A DNA stretch of 62,358 nt, counting the filler, from Stramenopiles sp. TOSAG23-3 (taxonomy: Eukaryota): the NCBI GenBank assembly GCA_900128585.1. It is 6 parts of 6 records of this genome, joined end to end, with 100 filler letters (N's around TTAATTAATTAA, not from the genome) between each part and the next. Parts side by side here need not be neighbours in the genome. Positions count along the whole stretch, not along the records: positions 18,849 to 37,555 come from LT642420.1; positions 37,656 to 56,343 come from LT642421.1; 4 more parts are not named here. The stretch is one strand, 5' to 3'. Of this stretch, positions 34,526 through 46,079 are shown piece after piece. The notes beneath the pieces were generated by a model. The model did not search any database, had not been told where the DNA came from, and saw nothing but the letters and a program-made list of their open reading frames with translations. Every line of letters begins with the position of its first letter. Position 1 is the stretch's first letter. The position numbers and the translations under genes are program-made.

Positions 34526-35015
34526 TTCGCAGTATATGAAGAAGATAAATTTTAATTACACACTTAAAATAACCAGCCAATTTTTTTGATTTTATATAAA
34601 AAGCAGCAAGAAAATTGACTGTTATTTTATATTTGATATTCATTTTCGCAGTACACGCATTAATTTTAGCTACTTAAATAACAGCCAATTTTCTTGTTAA
34701 AAAGCAGTGCTAATCCATCTACTGATTCAGATCATAAATGGAGTACATCTGAGAATGATAGTCAAGACTAAGTGGCAAGGGTATATCGATTTAGTAAAAC
34801 CAAAAGAGCAAAGATTAAGTTCGCAGTTCATGAGCTGAAGGAATGTAAAAACCTATAGAATGTCTAAATCTAGATTTCAGTTCGCAGTACATTAATTTTA
34901 ATTACTTGTAAATAACAGCCTATTTTCTTGTTTTTAAAAAATATAATATAACACATACGCCTTTATTTTGTTTTAATGTGTTAAATAACAGCCAATTTTC
35001 TTGTTTTTAATGTGT
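34526..35015. repeat. Cluster of at least five AAATAACAGCCAATTTTCTTG-family copies (one inverted)
   Basis: Cores near 34567, 34677, 34910 and 34983 (+) and 34607-34628 (-). The last + copy is flanked by ttttaatgtgt (34971-34981, 35005-35015). Confidence 0.75.
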
Positions 35016-35045
35016 ATATTAATGATACCTTTTTAACCACATGTT

Positions 35046-37262
35046 TCATTTCTTGTATTCTTTACCCCCAGCGTCGGTGCCATCTTGTCTCTTCGTGCCA
35101 ACGGTTCTCATCCTAGTTCTTCCAAGACTGTGGGTAGTAAGCGCACCTTCGCCCACAGAGTCATCCGTAGTAGGTGCATACACGCGCACGGGGGTTTGCA
35201 TCGCTGCACTTGACCATGTCTTCATACGCACCTGATTCAATGCATCAACGCTGCACGGGCATTTCCCCAGCTTTGCAGCGATCTCTTCGCCCATCTCATT
35301 CCCGTTCAAGTTGATTCTAGATATTGATCCAGGGGAAGGGTTCCCTTCTCGCTCTAAAAGGGAACACAAGATTTTCCCAACTGCATTATCGATGTGATTC
35401 ATGGCCAAATTCATGGAAATCAACGTCGAACTTCCCCGTATGCTACGCATCATGGCGCTGGTACCGAAGGTAGAGTACGTGTGGGGCATCATCTGCACAA
35501 CGTTGTCGGATACCGGCTTTCTTGCGGGGCGGTCGTAGTATTTGAACCCCAGCTTGTTAGCGGCCAACGAGACAGACGTGAGCGTGGAGTTGTGGCTCAG
35601 CATAGTTGCCACCGCCTCCCCCCCGTCCGCCTTGATATTATTGTACCCAAGGTCCAAGTTTATCAGCATGGTATTCCCTTTGGCGTCGGTGAGCGCTTTT
35701 GAAATCGCAGTTGCTCCTTCGTCGTACAAAGCGTTCTTTGACACGTCAAAGTCCGTCAAGGTCCGGTTCAGCCGTAGACCTTCCGCTATCGCTTTCCCGG
35801 CGACTGCATCTATACCGTTGTCTCTCAAATTTAAATACGTTAATGACGGGTGGTTTGCACCGATGGACTCGCCAAAGGCTACGCCACCCACTTGCCCCGC
35901 GCCGTTCCCTCTCAAATCCAGGGTTTGCAAGGTCGTGTTTCGTTTGTGGGTGAGGACGTTTGCGATCTGCGTTGCCCCGCCCGCCCCGATTCTATTGACC
36001 CCCGCGTTCAGGAATCTTAACGTTGTGTTGCCTGACAGGTATGTCGCAAGAGATTGTGCGCCGTCAGGACCAAAAGCATTCTCGGCGCAATTTAAATGGG
36101 TAACGGTTTGATTCAACATAAGCCCATCGCATACCAAGCGGGCGCCACTCGCTTTCAAGTTACAGTGGGCCACGTTCACTGACGTCAACTGTTTGTAATT
36201 GTTGATGGTCAAGTACACTGTCAAGAGTTCGATACGTTGGTCGTTTAACCCCCTTTCCGTGGAGAGGTCCAGTTCCTTGCAATCCGTGTCGAGCATCTTG
36301 GAACGGAACGGCCCGGGAACCAGGGATTCTATAACACTGTACCACTCCGAAATTTCCTTTTCCGAGGGCGCCAGTGGAGGCAATGTTTTGCGCAATTTCA
36401 CCTCCGAATCGGGGGCATTGAACAGGGCCGCTTTGAATATTTTTCTATCTAACGAGGCGTACAAAAACGATTCGATCCAAGAGGATCTCGTCCCCTCCCA
36501 TCGATCCTCGACTAATTCTCCATGCACGCCAAATCTATTGATGCCCTCTGCGCATAGTATGCCCTCGATAGAGGTTTGCTCCAGCTCATCGTAGCACAAC
36601 TTAATGAAAGAAAACTCAAAAATTGCACCGTTCTCGTCAGTCGGCCCGGCCCCTCCCCAACGAATCCGTTCCTTGACGTGTTTTTCCTCGAGGACTGAAT
36701 CGACCACCGTTGTCAAACTGCCAATGCTGGGCATTAAAACAAAACCTTCCGTGCATATGTGAAGCCCCCCAAACACGGAAGAAAGCAGGGTCAGGACATC
36801 ATTTTTGGTCAAAGAGTTGGTGCCTTTTAAATCGAACAGTTTGAAGCACGCGTACAGTTTCTGGCGGTCGTCCCCCCGCCGTGGAAGCAACCACAGAAGA
36901 GAGGAAAACATTTGCAACGCGTCGACCCGGACATTGTTCCAATTCTTCCGCACCACATTTCCACTTGCATCAAACTCATCGTCCTCCTCCCCACCGTCAC
37001 AATAAAGCGCCCATACTGTTTCTATAGTGTCTTCGCTCGCGGGCTCGTTCGGGGCACATTTGTGGCGGTACAGAAAGGGCAGGCAGACGAACTCGTCAAA
37101 GCCGATTGAAAAATTTCCACGCACGTTGCCAACATCGTACAAAAATGCACCACTAGCAGCGATGATCGTGTCGACGGTCCAGTCTCCCAACGACGCGGCA
37201 AGCTTTTTATGAGTCCTAGAAATGAAAGCAGGGGAGGAGGCACGGTCTATTATTTGCCCCAT
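35046..37262 (-). CDS. N-terminal EF-hand (calcineurin B/recoverin-like) + ribonuclease-inhibitor-type LRR protein
   Basis: MGQ start; KLYACFKLFDLKGTNSLTKNDV; about nine 28-aa LRRs (TLQTLDLRGNGAG, SLTYLNLRDNGID). Confidence 0.85.
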   Translation of the reverse strand: MGQIIDRASSPAFISRTHKKLAASLGDWTVDTIIAASGAFLYDVGNVRGNFSIGFDEFVCLPFLYRHKCAPNEPASEDTIETVWALYCDGGEEDDEFDASGNVVRKNWNNVRVDALQMFSSLLWLLPRRGDDRQKLYACFKLFDLKGTNSLTKNDVLTLLSSVFGGLHICTEGFVLMPSIGSLTTVVDSVLEEKHVKERIRWGGAGPTDENGAIFEFSFIKLCYDELEQTSIEGILCAEGINRFGVHGELVEDRWEGTRSSWIESFLYASLDRKIFKAALFNAPDSEVKLRKTLPPLAPSEKEISEWYSVIESLVPGPFRSKMLDTDCKELDLSTERGLNDQRIELLTVYLTINNYKQLTSVNVAHCNLKASGARLVCDGLMLNQTVTHLNCAENAFGPDGAQSLATYLSGNTTLRFLNAGVNRIGAGGATQIANVLTHKRNTTLQTLDLRGNGAGQVGGVAFGESIGANHPSLTYLNLRDNGIDAVAGKAIAEGLRLNRTLTDFDVSKNALYDEGATAISKALTDAKGNTMLINLDLGYNNIKADGGEAVATMLSHNSTLTSVSLAANKLGFKYYDRPARKPVSDNVVQMMPHTYSTFGTSAMMRSIRGSSTLISMNLAMNHIDNAVGKILCSLLEREGNPSPGSISRINLNGNEMGEEIAAKLGKCPCSVDALNQVRMKTWSSAAMQTPVRVYAPTTDDSVGEGALTTHSLGRTRMRTVGTKRQDGTDAGGKEYKK

Positions 37263-38210
37263 TTCGAAGCCGCCAACAAACCAGGCCGACCGGACTAGCT
37301 CTTATTCTCCCAACAGCACGCGCGCAGACAACAACACACAACGCACAAACAGAGTGGTACTGTTCAGAGAAGTTAAAGTACGCAAACACATCAATTTATA
37401 CACACCACTAAATAAATCGTTAATGGGTTAATATTATATTTTACAGCAATTATTCATGGGATGATTTCGTATGACCACTAACGAACATCCCCTAGACTAT
37501 ATGTCGCGTGGTGGCGGGCAATTTATTTTTTAAACGGCTTTTTTTTCCTCTCCTCNNNNNNNNNNNNNNNNNNNNNNNNNNNNNNNNNNNNNNNNNNNNT
37601 TAATTAATTAANNNNNNNNNNNNNNNNNNNNNNNNNNNNNNNNNNNNNNNNNNNNTTTGGGAAGCAGGCGACAAAAATTGAAGCCTGGGGCCTGCTTCAA
37701 CTGGGAGTATGCAAAAACCTGTCCAGACTACTATTAATACCAATATCTACGGTAACAGGAAGAAGAGAGTAGAAAATTTAAAATGTAAATAAATAGTAAT
37801 AGTACGACGAAAAAAGAAGAAGAAGAAGAAAGAAAGAGAAGAGAGACAAACAAAGCAAACAACAACAACAACTCATCAAACAGAAAAATCAGTCATCGTC
37901 CACCATCATCAGAGCACCAGATAATAAAATAAAAAAAGATATTTTATTATAATTTATTAGAAGAAGAAGCGTCATCGCTTTGCTTTTTTGGCTTCGTCGT
38001 ATTTTTTAATAAATATTCGCTAGACTGACTATTAAAATATAATATAAAATTAAAATTACGTCCTCAGGCCTCAGGCCTACTCGTAGTAGTCGATCTATTC
38101 TATTTTATCTAAAATATATCTTATTATTCTAAAATGGATTCAACGACTTGCGTAGTTAAAGTAGCTGTTGTTGGAGTTATTCTTTATTAAATAATTAAAC
38201 ACTGATTCCC

Positions 38211-38277
38211 GAAGAAGAAGAAGAAGAAGAAGAAGAAGAAGAAGAAGAAGAAGAAGAAAAAGAAGAAGAAGAAGAAA
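38211..38277. repeat. (GAA)n microsatellite
   Basis: About 22 units, one interruption. Confidence 0.95.
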
Positions 38278-38895
38278 AAGAACCTTACTTCGTCCTTCAG
38301 TCCTCGTTGGTTTACGTATAGCTAATACAGTCTCGTAGTCTCGTAGTCTATTCAATACGAGGATGTAATCGAAGACCTATGACCATCCTATGGATGGTTT
38401 ATTTATTAAATCCTCGTGATGGACAGTCTCCTGTCTTATCCTCGTAGTCTTCTATAATAAATAACTACAGTATTCTATTCGTCTATTATTTTGACCAACC
38501 AGTAAAACGAGAAAGACTGGAAAAATATTAAACTTCGTAATACGGTATTAATACCTGTACTAACCAACTGTAAATAATCCGGGTTACCTCATTTAATGCA
38601 CCTGTAGGTACAGGTAGGAACCTGGTATTATATTAATACGGGTAATACCAGGGTACCGTACCGAATCCGGAATAAGTAGGAAGTGGTGAAATAGAGGGTG
38701 GAAGAATGGAGAGGTGAGATCAAAACACAATTTTGACATTTTTTTTTTTACACCGCTCTACTCTATATAGACTCTCTTTTCCTATTTTTTATTAAATAAA
38801 CAAAACAGTACACTCTTTTACTAATTCTTACACTTGTCAACTGATTTGTTATGGGTTTTTCGTAATTCGAGGCGGGGAAAGCGGAATCGTTCGCT

Positions 38896-40113
38896 TTATA
38901 GCTCTTTCTTCTCTTCGTCTTCGTCGTCCTCGTCGTCCTCGTCGTCCTCGTCGTCTTCGGCTGGTTTGGCGGCTTCTTCGGCGGCCTTGCGCTCCTTGTC
39001 CCATGCTTCCTTTGCGGCCTTTTCGCCGTCCTTGATCTTTCCCCAGGTGGCGTCGGCCATCGCTTTGGCATCATCAATGCTGTCGCCAACGTAGATGTTG
39101 TCAAAGATGGTTCCGTTGTTGACGGTCCACAATTCGAACCCAACGTGGGTAAGTTCTGGGAAGGTTACCAAGTTCTCGTCGTACTTCTCGTTGGCGATTT
39201 GCTTTGGCTTCCATTCGCCTTTGTACGCCGGGTTCTTGACGCGCTTTGCGGACCATGGGCCTTTGTAGTCCGGGTTAGAGATCATTGGGGCTTCCCATTC
39301 TCCATCGTCCTCTTCGTCCCAGTCTTCTGGCTGCTTGGCGTCCGGGTCGGCGATTTCCTTTGGGATGTCGTCGTAGCCTTCTGGCTTCTTGTCCTCTGGG
39401 TCGTCCATCATTTCCTCGTCAACCCAGTCCGATGGTTTCTTGTCGGTTGGGTCATCGATTTCTGGCTTTTCGAAGTCCCAGTGGTCGACGACCTTTCCGG
39501 ACGATTTGACCTGTTGGTCGAACAAGATTTCGTAGGTACCGTCGGCCTTGACGTGCATAGTGTACAAGTGGGTGAACTCGTTCTTGTCGGCATACTCCAA
39601 TTTCACCTCGTCGCTCTTCAGCAAATTCTTGCCGTCCGCGTTGGTGAAGATGGCGTGAACGCGGGATACGTCATATCCGCACATGTCTGGGCCAAACATA
39701 ACGCTGTACGGGGTGTCCCCGCCGAACTTCTTGCTGTCCATGTCTGGGAGAAGTTTGATGTAACCTCCGCCACAAAATGCGTACTCGCGCAAGTGGTTCT
39801 TGGCGGTGAACTGGACGACCAAATCTTTGCCAGCTTTTCCTAGGGTGTAGGGGGCAATCGGCGAGGACAACTTCTGGGAGATGGCGTGGAAGCGGGCATC
39901 TTCAGAAGTCATGATGCCTTTTTCGGCGTCGGCATCAACGTTCCATTCTCCGGCAGTCCAAGAGAAGACACCACGATCGCTCTTTTTCTTCCATTCACTG
40001 TGGGTCCACCCAGCATCAAATGGGTCAGCGTCAAACTTGTCTTCGAAGTAGGTGGTCGCAGAGGCGCCAGAAACGGCAGCGAGTGCGCCAAGTCCAAGGG
40101 CAGCTAGTTTCAT
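38896..40113 (-). CDS. CALR: Calreticulin
   Basis: Signal peptide, CGGGYIKLL, MFGPDMCG, P-domain repeats (DPxDKKPxDW, GEWxxPxIxN), acidic tail, C-terminal KKEL. Confidence 0.97.
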   Translation of the reverse strand: MKLAALGLGALAAVSGASATTYFEDKFDADPFDAGWTHSEWKKKSDRGVFSWTAGEWNVDADAEKGIMTSEDARFHAISQKLSSPIAPYTLGKAGKDLVVQFTAKNHLREYAFCGGGYIKLLPDMDSKKFGGDTPYSVMFGPDMCGYDVSRVHAIFTNADGKNLLKSDEVKLEYADKNEFTHLYTMHVKADGTYEILFDQQVKSSGKVVDHWDFEKPEIDDPTDKKPSDWVDEEMMDDPEDKKPEGYDDIPKEIADPDAKQPEDWDEEDDGEWEAPMISNPDYKGPWSAKRVKNPAYKGEWKPKQIANEKYDENLVTFPELTHVGFELWTVNNGTIFDNIYVGDSIDDAKAMADATWGKIKDGEKAAKEAWDKERKAAEEAAKPAEDDEDDEDDEDDEDEEKKEL

Positions 40114-41096
40114 TGTTTTCTTGAGTTTGTATACGGTTGGTTTGGATCGTTTGTATCAATAAATTGTTTGCAAATAATTCTTAAAGAACGGCGTAAACGA
40201 AGCTTTGTAACACTTTTAGACGGTTGTGAGTACACAGGAACGCATGAGACCGTTCGCTGTGGATAGTAAACCCAATTGCCTTCTAATTAATATAATAAGG
40301 AAGGGTACGGACGAGAAGATAGAAGAAGATGAAAAAAAGTGTGCAAAAGACAGAACGACTAACATAAAAATAGCATCAAAGATGAGTTGATGGAAGAAGA
40401 AAGAAAGAAAGAAAGAAAAAAGAAAGAAAGAAAGAAAGTTTTTTACTTTTTTTTAGATACTTCTTTTCTTCTGTGCGTATTTTTGTACAACTACACAGCA
40501 TAAGAACTTGTAAGAAATAAAAATATTGTATACGTGGCCTTCTCTTCCACATTATTTAATTAATTATTAACATTGTCTTTCTTTGGGTCTTTGGGCATCA
40601 TTTGTGTGGATGGTATTTTTTTAAAAAAAGATTCGCGAAAAAAAGACATTTCTTACGTTTATATAACTACAGTTTGTTTATAATAATTTCTTATTTTCGT
40701 ATATTAATTTCTTAAAAAGTATAAATTGTACTTTTAATAAATAGGTATAATTTTCATTATTCTTTTTCGCTCGGAGCAAAAAGAGTGAATGGCCGAAACT
40801 GATGTGGTAGTAGCAGCGCAAAAACCCTTTGTTAAATACTACTAAAAATATATATTATAAGTACAATACCCTCCCCTATAATAGTGTGTGCAAGTTTTTT
40901 AGTTGAACCTACAATTATAGACATTACTGTATCGAGTATATGTATTAATAGAATTATAACACATAAATAATACAAAATGATTGAGAACTCATTGCTGAAT
41001 TTAATACAATAGTATATATAAAGGAAAAACTACATTACTACTGACGTGAGTATCGAGTATCCTACTGTTGCTTGGTAAGAAAAAAATCACTCATCA

Positions 41097-42524
41097 TCAT
41101 GCACTGATCGATCGGCGCCTTTTCTTCGGCCCGTCGTCTTCAACTTCATCCTGGAGGATGGGATTGTTTTTCTCGGTTATTAAGGGTCGCGCTGAGGGTG
41201 AATCCGGGCCATCGGGGGGTGGCTTAACAAAACAGACTATTACAAACAAAAAGGACAGAAGTATAATGAACCCAAGTGCGCTGCGAGAGTCAAACACCAG
41301 CGTTGAGACCAAGACCATCGTCGTCGTGCAGATGACGGGCGTCATCACCAACCCTAATCCAACGTTTCCTAGCGGGATTCTGTACGGTCGTGGGAGGTCG
41401 GGGTAGGCAGACCTCAGCCACAGGGAGGCTGCTATCACCACGAGCAGGTTGAAGCAATTCAAAATGTTCACAACACCCAGCAGGGAGGAAAAATTGCCAT
41501 TCAGCACAATCATGCTGGTAGTAAACAGGACTGTGAAGTTCAGGGCCACGGGCTTGTTGCGGAAGCATTTCGGGACAATGCCCCTGTCGCCCAAGGAGAC
41601 CAGGAACAATGTGTCCTCGTTGACCTCGGCCACGAACATTCCAACCGTCGACACCAACACGGAACAGAACACAGAAATCCCTAGTGCACGGCCTCCGATA
41701 ACCTCACTAGCCGAAACCAGACTGCCATCCGACCAGTCCCTCCAACCAGGCGTTGCGGCCGCGGCAAGGGTCAACGGGAAAATGTTCGACAAGATGGCGG
41801 TGGCAATGTTCATGGTCACCAAGTTCGAGTAATGTTTTCCGTGCTTTATGTCCCCAGACAAGCTGGAGCACGCCTCCTGGCCCGAGAAATTCCAATACAT
41901 CGTTGAAACAAAGGCCAGAAAACCAGCGCTGCTAGAGGTTCCCGTCGGCTCGAGCAGCAAATTGTTGGCGTCGAATTGCGTGGATGCGACTGCTGACAGT
42001 CCCAGCAACGGCAAAATAACGCAGAAGAGCCCGACTCCGAGAATGGCCCCGCTGACCCTGAGTCCGCGGTGCATCATTAGGAGCAGCAGCAACACAAACG
42101 CCCCGCGAAGGCCGTAAATGATGCGATCGTCAAACACACCATGGAACAGCTTCTGGGTGTAGTCTGCAAACAAAACTGGGTACAAGGCGCTGTCTCCACA
42201 ACCCTGCACAAAAGATGATAAAGTGATGAAAAAGGACACTCGGTCTCCAAACGCCTCTTTTACCCAATAGACATAACCTCCCCGTTTGGGGAAGGCCGAC
42301 GAATACTCCGCAATCAGCAAACCGAGCGGAATTTGGCAGACCATCGGGTACACAATACTTCCAATCAGCGCAACGATCGGGCCGTAGCTGGAAACCATAC
42401 TTTCAATACCAATCGGCCCGCCACTCATCGTAAAAAACAAAAACGACAGCGTGGCCAACTTGCCAAGGGCCCGGCGAGAGTCCCCTCCCTCCTCCTCTCT
42501 ATTCAGAAGAGGGGTATTCGTCAT
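41097..42524 (-). CDS. APC-superfamily amino acid/polyamine permease
   Basis: SGGPIGIE, EYSSAFPKRGGYVYWVKEAFG, WNFSG, PDLPRPYRIP; about 12 hydrophobic segments; first ATG at 42524. Confidence 0.9.
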   Translation of the reverse strand: MTNTPLLNREEEGGDSRRALGKLATLSFLFFTMSGGPIGIESMVSSYGPIVALIGSIVYPMVCQIPLGLLIAEYSSAFPKRGGYVYWVKEAFGDRVSFFITLSSFVQGCGDSALYPVLFADYTQKLFHGVFDDRIIYGLRGAFVLLLLLMMHRGLRVSGAILGVGLFCVILPLLGLSAVASTQFDANNLLLEPTGTSSSAGFLAFVSTMYWNFSGQEACSSLSGDIKHGKHYSNLVTMNIATAILSNIFPLTLAAAATPGWRDWSDGSLVSASEVIGGRALGISVFCSVLVSTVGMFVAEVNEDTLFLVSLGDRGIVPKCFRNKPVALNFTVLFTTSMIVLNGNFSSLLGVVNILNCFNLLVVIAASLWLRSAYPDLPRPYRIPLGNVGLGLVMTPVICTTTMVLVSTLVFDSRSALGFIILLSFLFVIVCFVKPPPDGPDSPSARPLITEKNNPILQDEVEDDGPKKRRRSISA

Positions 42525-43130
42525 CTTTTTCTGTATATTTCCCAACAACAATCCCACTGTCCATGTATTTCCTGAACAGACAAACAAAAATGAGAAAATA
42601 CTCCAAAGAAATGCCCAAATTGAAACCCGCTTCTACTTAAATATTCGTTAAATATAACTTCTCTATTTTAATTGCTGGAATCGTCCTTGCTTCTTGCTGA
42701 TTAATCGTTGTGTATTTCAACTATACTTTATAGGCATTTTTTTATATTATTTTTTTATTATTATTNNNNNNNNNNNNNNNNNNNNNNNNNNNNNNNNNNN
42801 NNNNNNNNNNNNNNNNNNNNNNNNNNNNNNNNNNNNNNNNNNNNNNNNTAGTCTTAATACTGTAGTAGTATGATGTAATATGGTAGGATGGAAGGTTGAA
42901 CTTTTTTCTTCTTGTTCTTCTTCTTTGTTGAATTCGTGTGAAGTACATTCCTCGTATGATGATGTGAACCACAATCTCCATGCCATGCTTCCACCCTATT
43001 CTTTGTGTAGTATTTATTATTATTAATACAGACGAATATTCATAACGAAGTAAAAGCTGGTGGTAGAAAATTTCAGGTAATAATCTTGTTTGTAAAGAGA
43101 TCTTATACCTTATTCTTTAAGTTAATATTC

Positions 43131-46079
43131 TTAAACAATGTTGAAAATCTTCTTCATTTTAATCACAAGCCTCCAGTCCTCCTTTCCTAAATCATCCTTG
43201 AAGTTTTCCTTCAACGCATCAATGGAGCCTCTTGTTAGTTTGCTGTAAAGTGTATTGTTAAAATCGAAGTGTCTCCCGTAGGTCACGTGCAAACTATCGG
43301 CTGTCGGTTCGAACTTTACAGCAACCGCGTTTCCTTTTTTCACCATGTTCGTCTCAACGTGGTCTTTTTCGATCGATGATACTTTCCCAATCATCAAGGG
43401 CTCCCCGTCCTCGTTCTTGATGTCTGGAACACAAATCGGGGTCCCAATCTTTAAAATTCCGTCGATTACGTCGCATCCAAGAACGATTGGGGCCTTTTTC
43501 ATAAATATGCAGTCCGACTTGATGGCCAAGCACACCGGGAAAACTGCTTCGCCAGACGCCTCGTTTCGCCGTTGCTCTTTGATTTGCTTTAGGTACAGTG
43601 TGAATTGATCAAAAAGGTGGTAAATGATCTCGGCAGTCATGATCTTTACCCCGAGCTCCGTCGCAAGGGCCGTGGCATCTTTGTCCACCTTGACGTCGAA
43701 TGCCAATATAGTGGCATACTCAACTTGGTGCTCAAGCATCACAGAGGCACGCATGACGTCCTTCTTGAATACCGGGCCGATCGACACTGCGCTTACGGGG
43801 ATCTTGGACTCCTTAAGGAACTCCAGCAACGCCTCTAGTGCCCCGAGGGTACTGGCTTGGACGTATACCCCTCTGCCATCCACAGAAACTCGGCTCAGCA
43901 TGGCGTCCAACTCCTCTTGCACCGTCATTTTGAGCTCCTCGAGGTTGTCCCCCTCCTCCTTGCGGTACACGAGGACGTTCGTACCTGCCACGGCATTCTC
44001 CATGTTCTGCGCGGCGACCTTGATTCCCATCGCCGCTTTGATCTCCTTGTTCTTCTGGTAGTCGTTCTTCACGCGAATGTCCCGCATCCCCCGGGGGGTA
44101 AGCAGGGCCCTTACCTTGGTCACGATCGCCCCTTTGGTACCGCACACAACAATCGTATCGGAATCTTTGATAACCCCGTTGATTAAAATGACATCGATTG
44201 TCGTCCCCAGGCCTTCCACGGACTTTACTTCCAAGCACGTGCATTCGAACGCAGAGCTGTACATAATTTTCTTCGTCATCAATTCCTGCGTCATTTGGAC
44301 CGAGAGCAAGAGCAAGTCTGGAATCCCCTCGCCACTGTGGGCAGATGTTGGGACTACGCTGACAACCTTTCGAAAGTCTTCGTTTTCGTAGTAGAGGGAG
44401 GCGTTCAAGCCTTGCGCCATGAGCTCTCCAAGGATGCTCTGGCAACGGTTCTCGAACTCTTCGATCACGTACCGTTTCTGGGCGGCCAGGGCCTTCCGAA
44501 AAGGGGCATTTTTGCACACCTTCCAGTCGTAGAGCCGATCTACCTTGTTCATCGCCACGATGAACGGGGTCTTTCGCGAGCGCAGCAAGTTGATGGACTC
44601 GATCGTCTGGGGCTCCAAACCGTGCATGATATCAATGACGAGGATGGAAATGTCACAGAGCCCACTACCACGGGACCGCAAATTGGTGAACGATTCGTGC
44701 CCTGGGGTATCTATCACGAGCAGGCCCGGCACTTTCAAGTCCAGCTTGAGGTCCTTGTTCAGTTCCGCCGTCTTCGTGCGGATGTCCTCGATGGGCATGT
44801 AGGTGGCCCCGATCTGCTGCGTGATCCCTCCAGCTTCCCCGTCTTGAACATTAGTCCTTCGGATTTTGTCCAATATTTTCGTCTTTCCTGTGTCGACGTG
44901 CCCCAGAACGCAGAGGATCGGAGAGCGCAGGTCGTCCTTCGACCTCGCGGCCAGGGCTTCCCGTCGCCTTTCTTCACGCTTTGCGCGCGCGGCGTCCAAG
45001 TCTTCCGGGTCCTCGTCCGAGCTCTCGTCGTCGTCGCTTCCATCCTCCTCCGCGGCAGCGGCGGCCGCTGCCGCCTTCTTCAAGGCCTCTTTCTTCTTCT
45101 TCGCGGCTTCGTTGACTTCCTCGTCGCTGTCGTCCTTGTCCGCGACCTCGAGGTCGTCAAGGTCCATGTCCTCCCAATCGTCCGCCAGCTCGTCTTCCCA
45201 ATCCTCGTTCTCGTCGCCCTCGTCCTTTTCGTCCGCAAGGTTCTCCCAGTCGTCGTCGCCCTCGTCCTTTTCGTCCGCAAGGTTCTCCCAGTCGTCGTCG
45301 CCCCCTTCTGCTGCGTTGGCTTTCGCGGCCTCCTCGCTCTCCAATTTGGCTCGAGCCTCTGTTTCCGCCTTTAGTCGTTCAGCCTCCAATCGCTTTCTTT
45401 CTTCTTCCTTCGGGGACACTTTCTTCTTCTTCTTTTTCCCGTAGACAACTTTTTTCTTTGGCCCGTCCGATTCTTGAAACCCAGCGACCATGCCAGAGTC
45501 GATCAATTGTTTTCTTGCGGCTGCTGCCTTCGCCTCCGCTTCTTTTTGGGCCTTCGTCTTGATCTTCCCCTCTGCTTTCAGTTGGGCCTTTCTCTCTTTC
45601 TTCTTTTGGCGCTTCAACCGTTTGGCCTCTTCGACTGCTGCCTCTTTTTCGGCTTCAATTTGAGCCAAGCGGTCTTCTTCTTCCCTAGCCTTCTGAAGCG
45701 CCTCTTCTCTCGCTTTTTGCTCAGCTTGCTGCTTTTGAATTTTTAGGGCCATCGCGCTGGGCTTCTTGGCGGCGGGTTTTTTCTTCCCTTTCTTCTTCTT
45801 CTTTTTACCCCCGCCGCCACCGCCGCCAGACTCCGCCCCAACCCCCAAAAACGCAAGGGCTGCGTCGGCCGCGTCGTTGCTTCCACCAGCAGCAGGCGCA
45901 GCGGTAGGCTTAGCCTCCGTGGCTGGGGCCGCCGGCGCGGTCTCATCCACTGCCTTGGCCGCCTGCTGGGCCGCACTACCTCCTTTCTTTTTACCCTTCT
46001 TCTTTTTCTTTTTTCCTCCTCCTCCACTGTTCGCGTTTCCCCCCAAGAACGCGGCGGCGGCTGCTGCAGCGTCAGACAT
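43131..46079 (-). CDS. EIF5B: Eukaryotic translation initiation factor 5B
   Basis: LRSPILCVLGHVDTGKT, GEAGGITQQIGAT, IDTPGHESF, NKVD, domains II-IV, charged N-terminus. Confidence 0.98.
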   Translation of the reverse strand: MSDAAAAAAAFLGGNANSGGGGKKKKKKGKKKGGSAAQQAAKAVDETAPAAPATEAKPTAAPAAGGSNDAADAALAFLGVGAESGGGGGGGKKKKKKGKKKPAAKKPSAMALKIQKQQAEQKAREEALQKAREEEDRLAQIEAEKEAAVEEAKRLKRQKKKERKAQLKAEGKIKTKAQKEAEAKAAAARKQLIDSGMVAGFQESDGPKKKVVYGKKKKKKVSPKEEERKRLEAERLKAETEARAKLESEEAAKANAAEGGDDDWENLADEKDEGDDDWENLADEKDEGDENEDWEDELADDWEDMDLDDLEVADKDDSDEEVNEAAKKKKEALKKAAAAAAAAEEDGSDDDESSDEDPEDLDAARAKREERRREALAARSKDDLRSPILCVLGHVDTGKTKILDKIRRTNVQDGEAGGITQQIGATYMPIEDIRTKTAELNKDLKLDLKVPGLLVIDTPGHESFTNLRSRGSGLCDISILVIDIMHGLEPQTIESINLLRSRKTPFIVAMNKVDRLYDWKVCKNAPFRKALAAQKRYVIEEFENRCQSILGELMAQGLNASLYYENEDFRKVVSVVPTSAHSGEGIPDLLLLSVQMTQELMTKKIMYSSAFECTCLEVKSVEGLGTTIDVILINGVIKDSDTIVVCGTKGAIVTKVRALLTPRGMRDIRVKNDYQKNKEIKAAMGIKVAAQNMENAVAGTNVLVYRKEEGDNLEELKMTVQEELDAMLSRVSVDGRGVYVQASTLGALEALLEFLKESKIPVSAVSIGPVFKKDVMRASVMLEHQVEYATILAFDVKVDKDATALATELGVKIMTAEIIYHLFDQFTLYLKQIKEQRRNEASGEAVFPVCLAIKSDCIFMKKAPIVLGCDVIDGILKIGTPICVPDIKNEDGEPLMIGKVSSIEKDHVETNMVKKGNAVAVKFEPTADSLHVTYGRHFDFNNTLYSKLTRGSIDALKENFKDDLGKEDWRLVIKMKKIFNIV
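45211..45303 (-). repeat. In-frame 42-nt perfect tandem duplication in eIF5B (GDDDWENLADEKDE x2)
   Basis: Period-42 identity visible in the DNA. Confidence 0.9.

Noticed and set aside
38896-38910. KKEL instead of KDEL/HDEL on calreticulin
   Set aside because: Within the known variation of ER-retrieval signals.
44295-45444. Long antisense ORFs over eIF5B (also over ThrRS, calreticulin, FHIP and 58849-59626)
   Set aside because: Shadow ORFs expected from GC-rich codon bias; no recognisable motifs.
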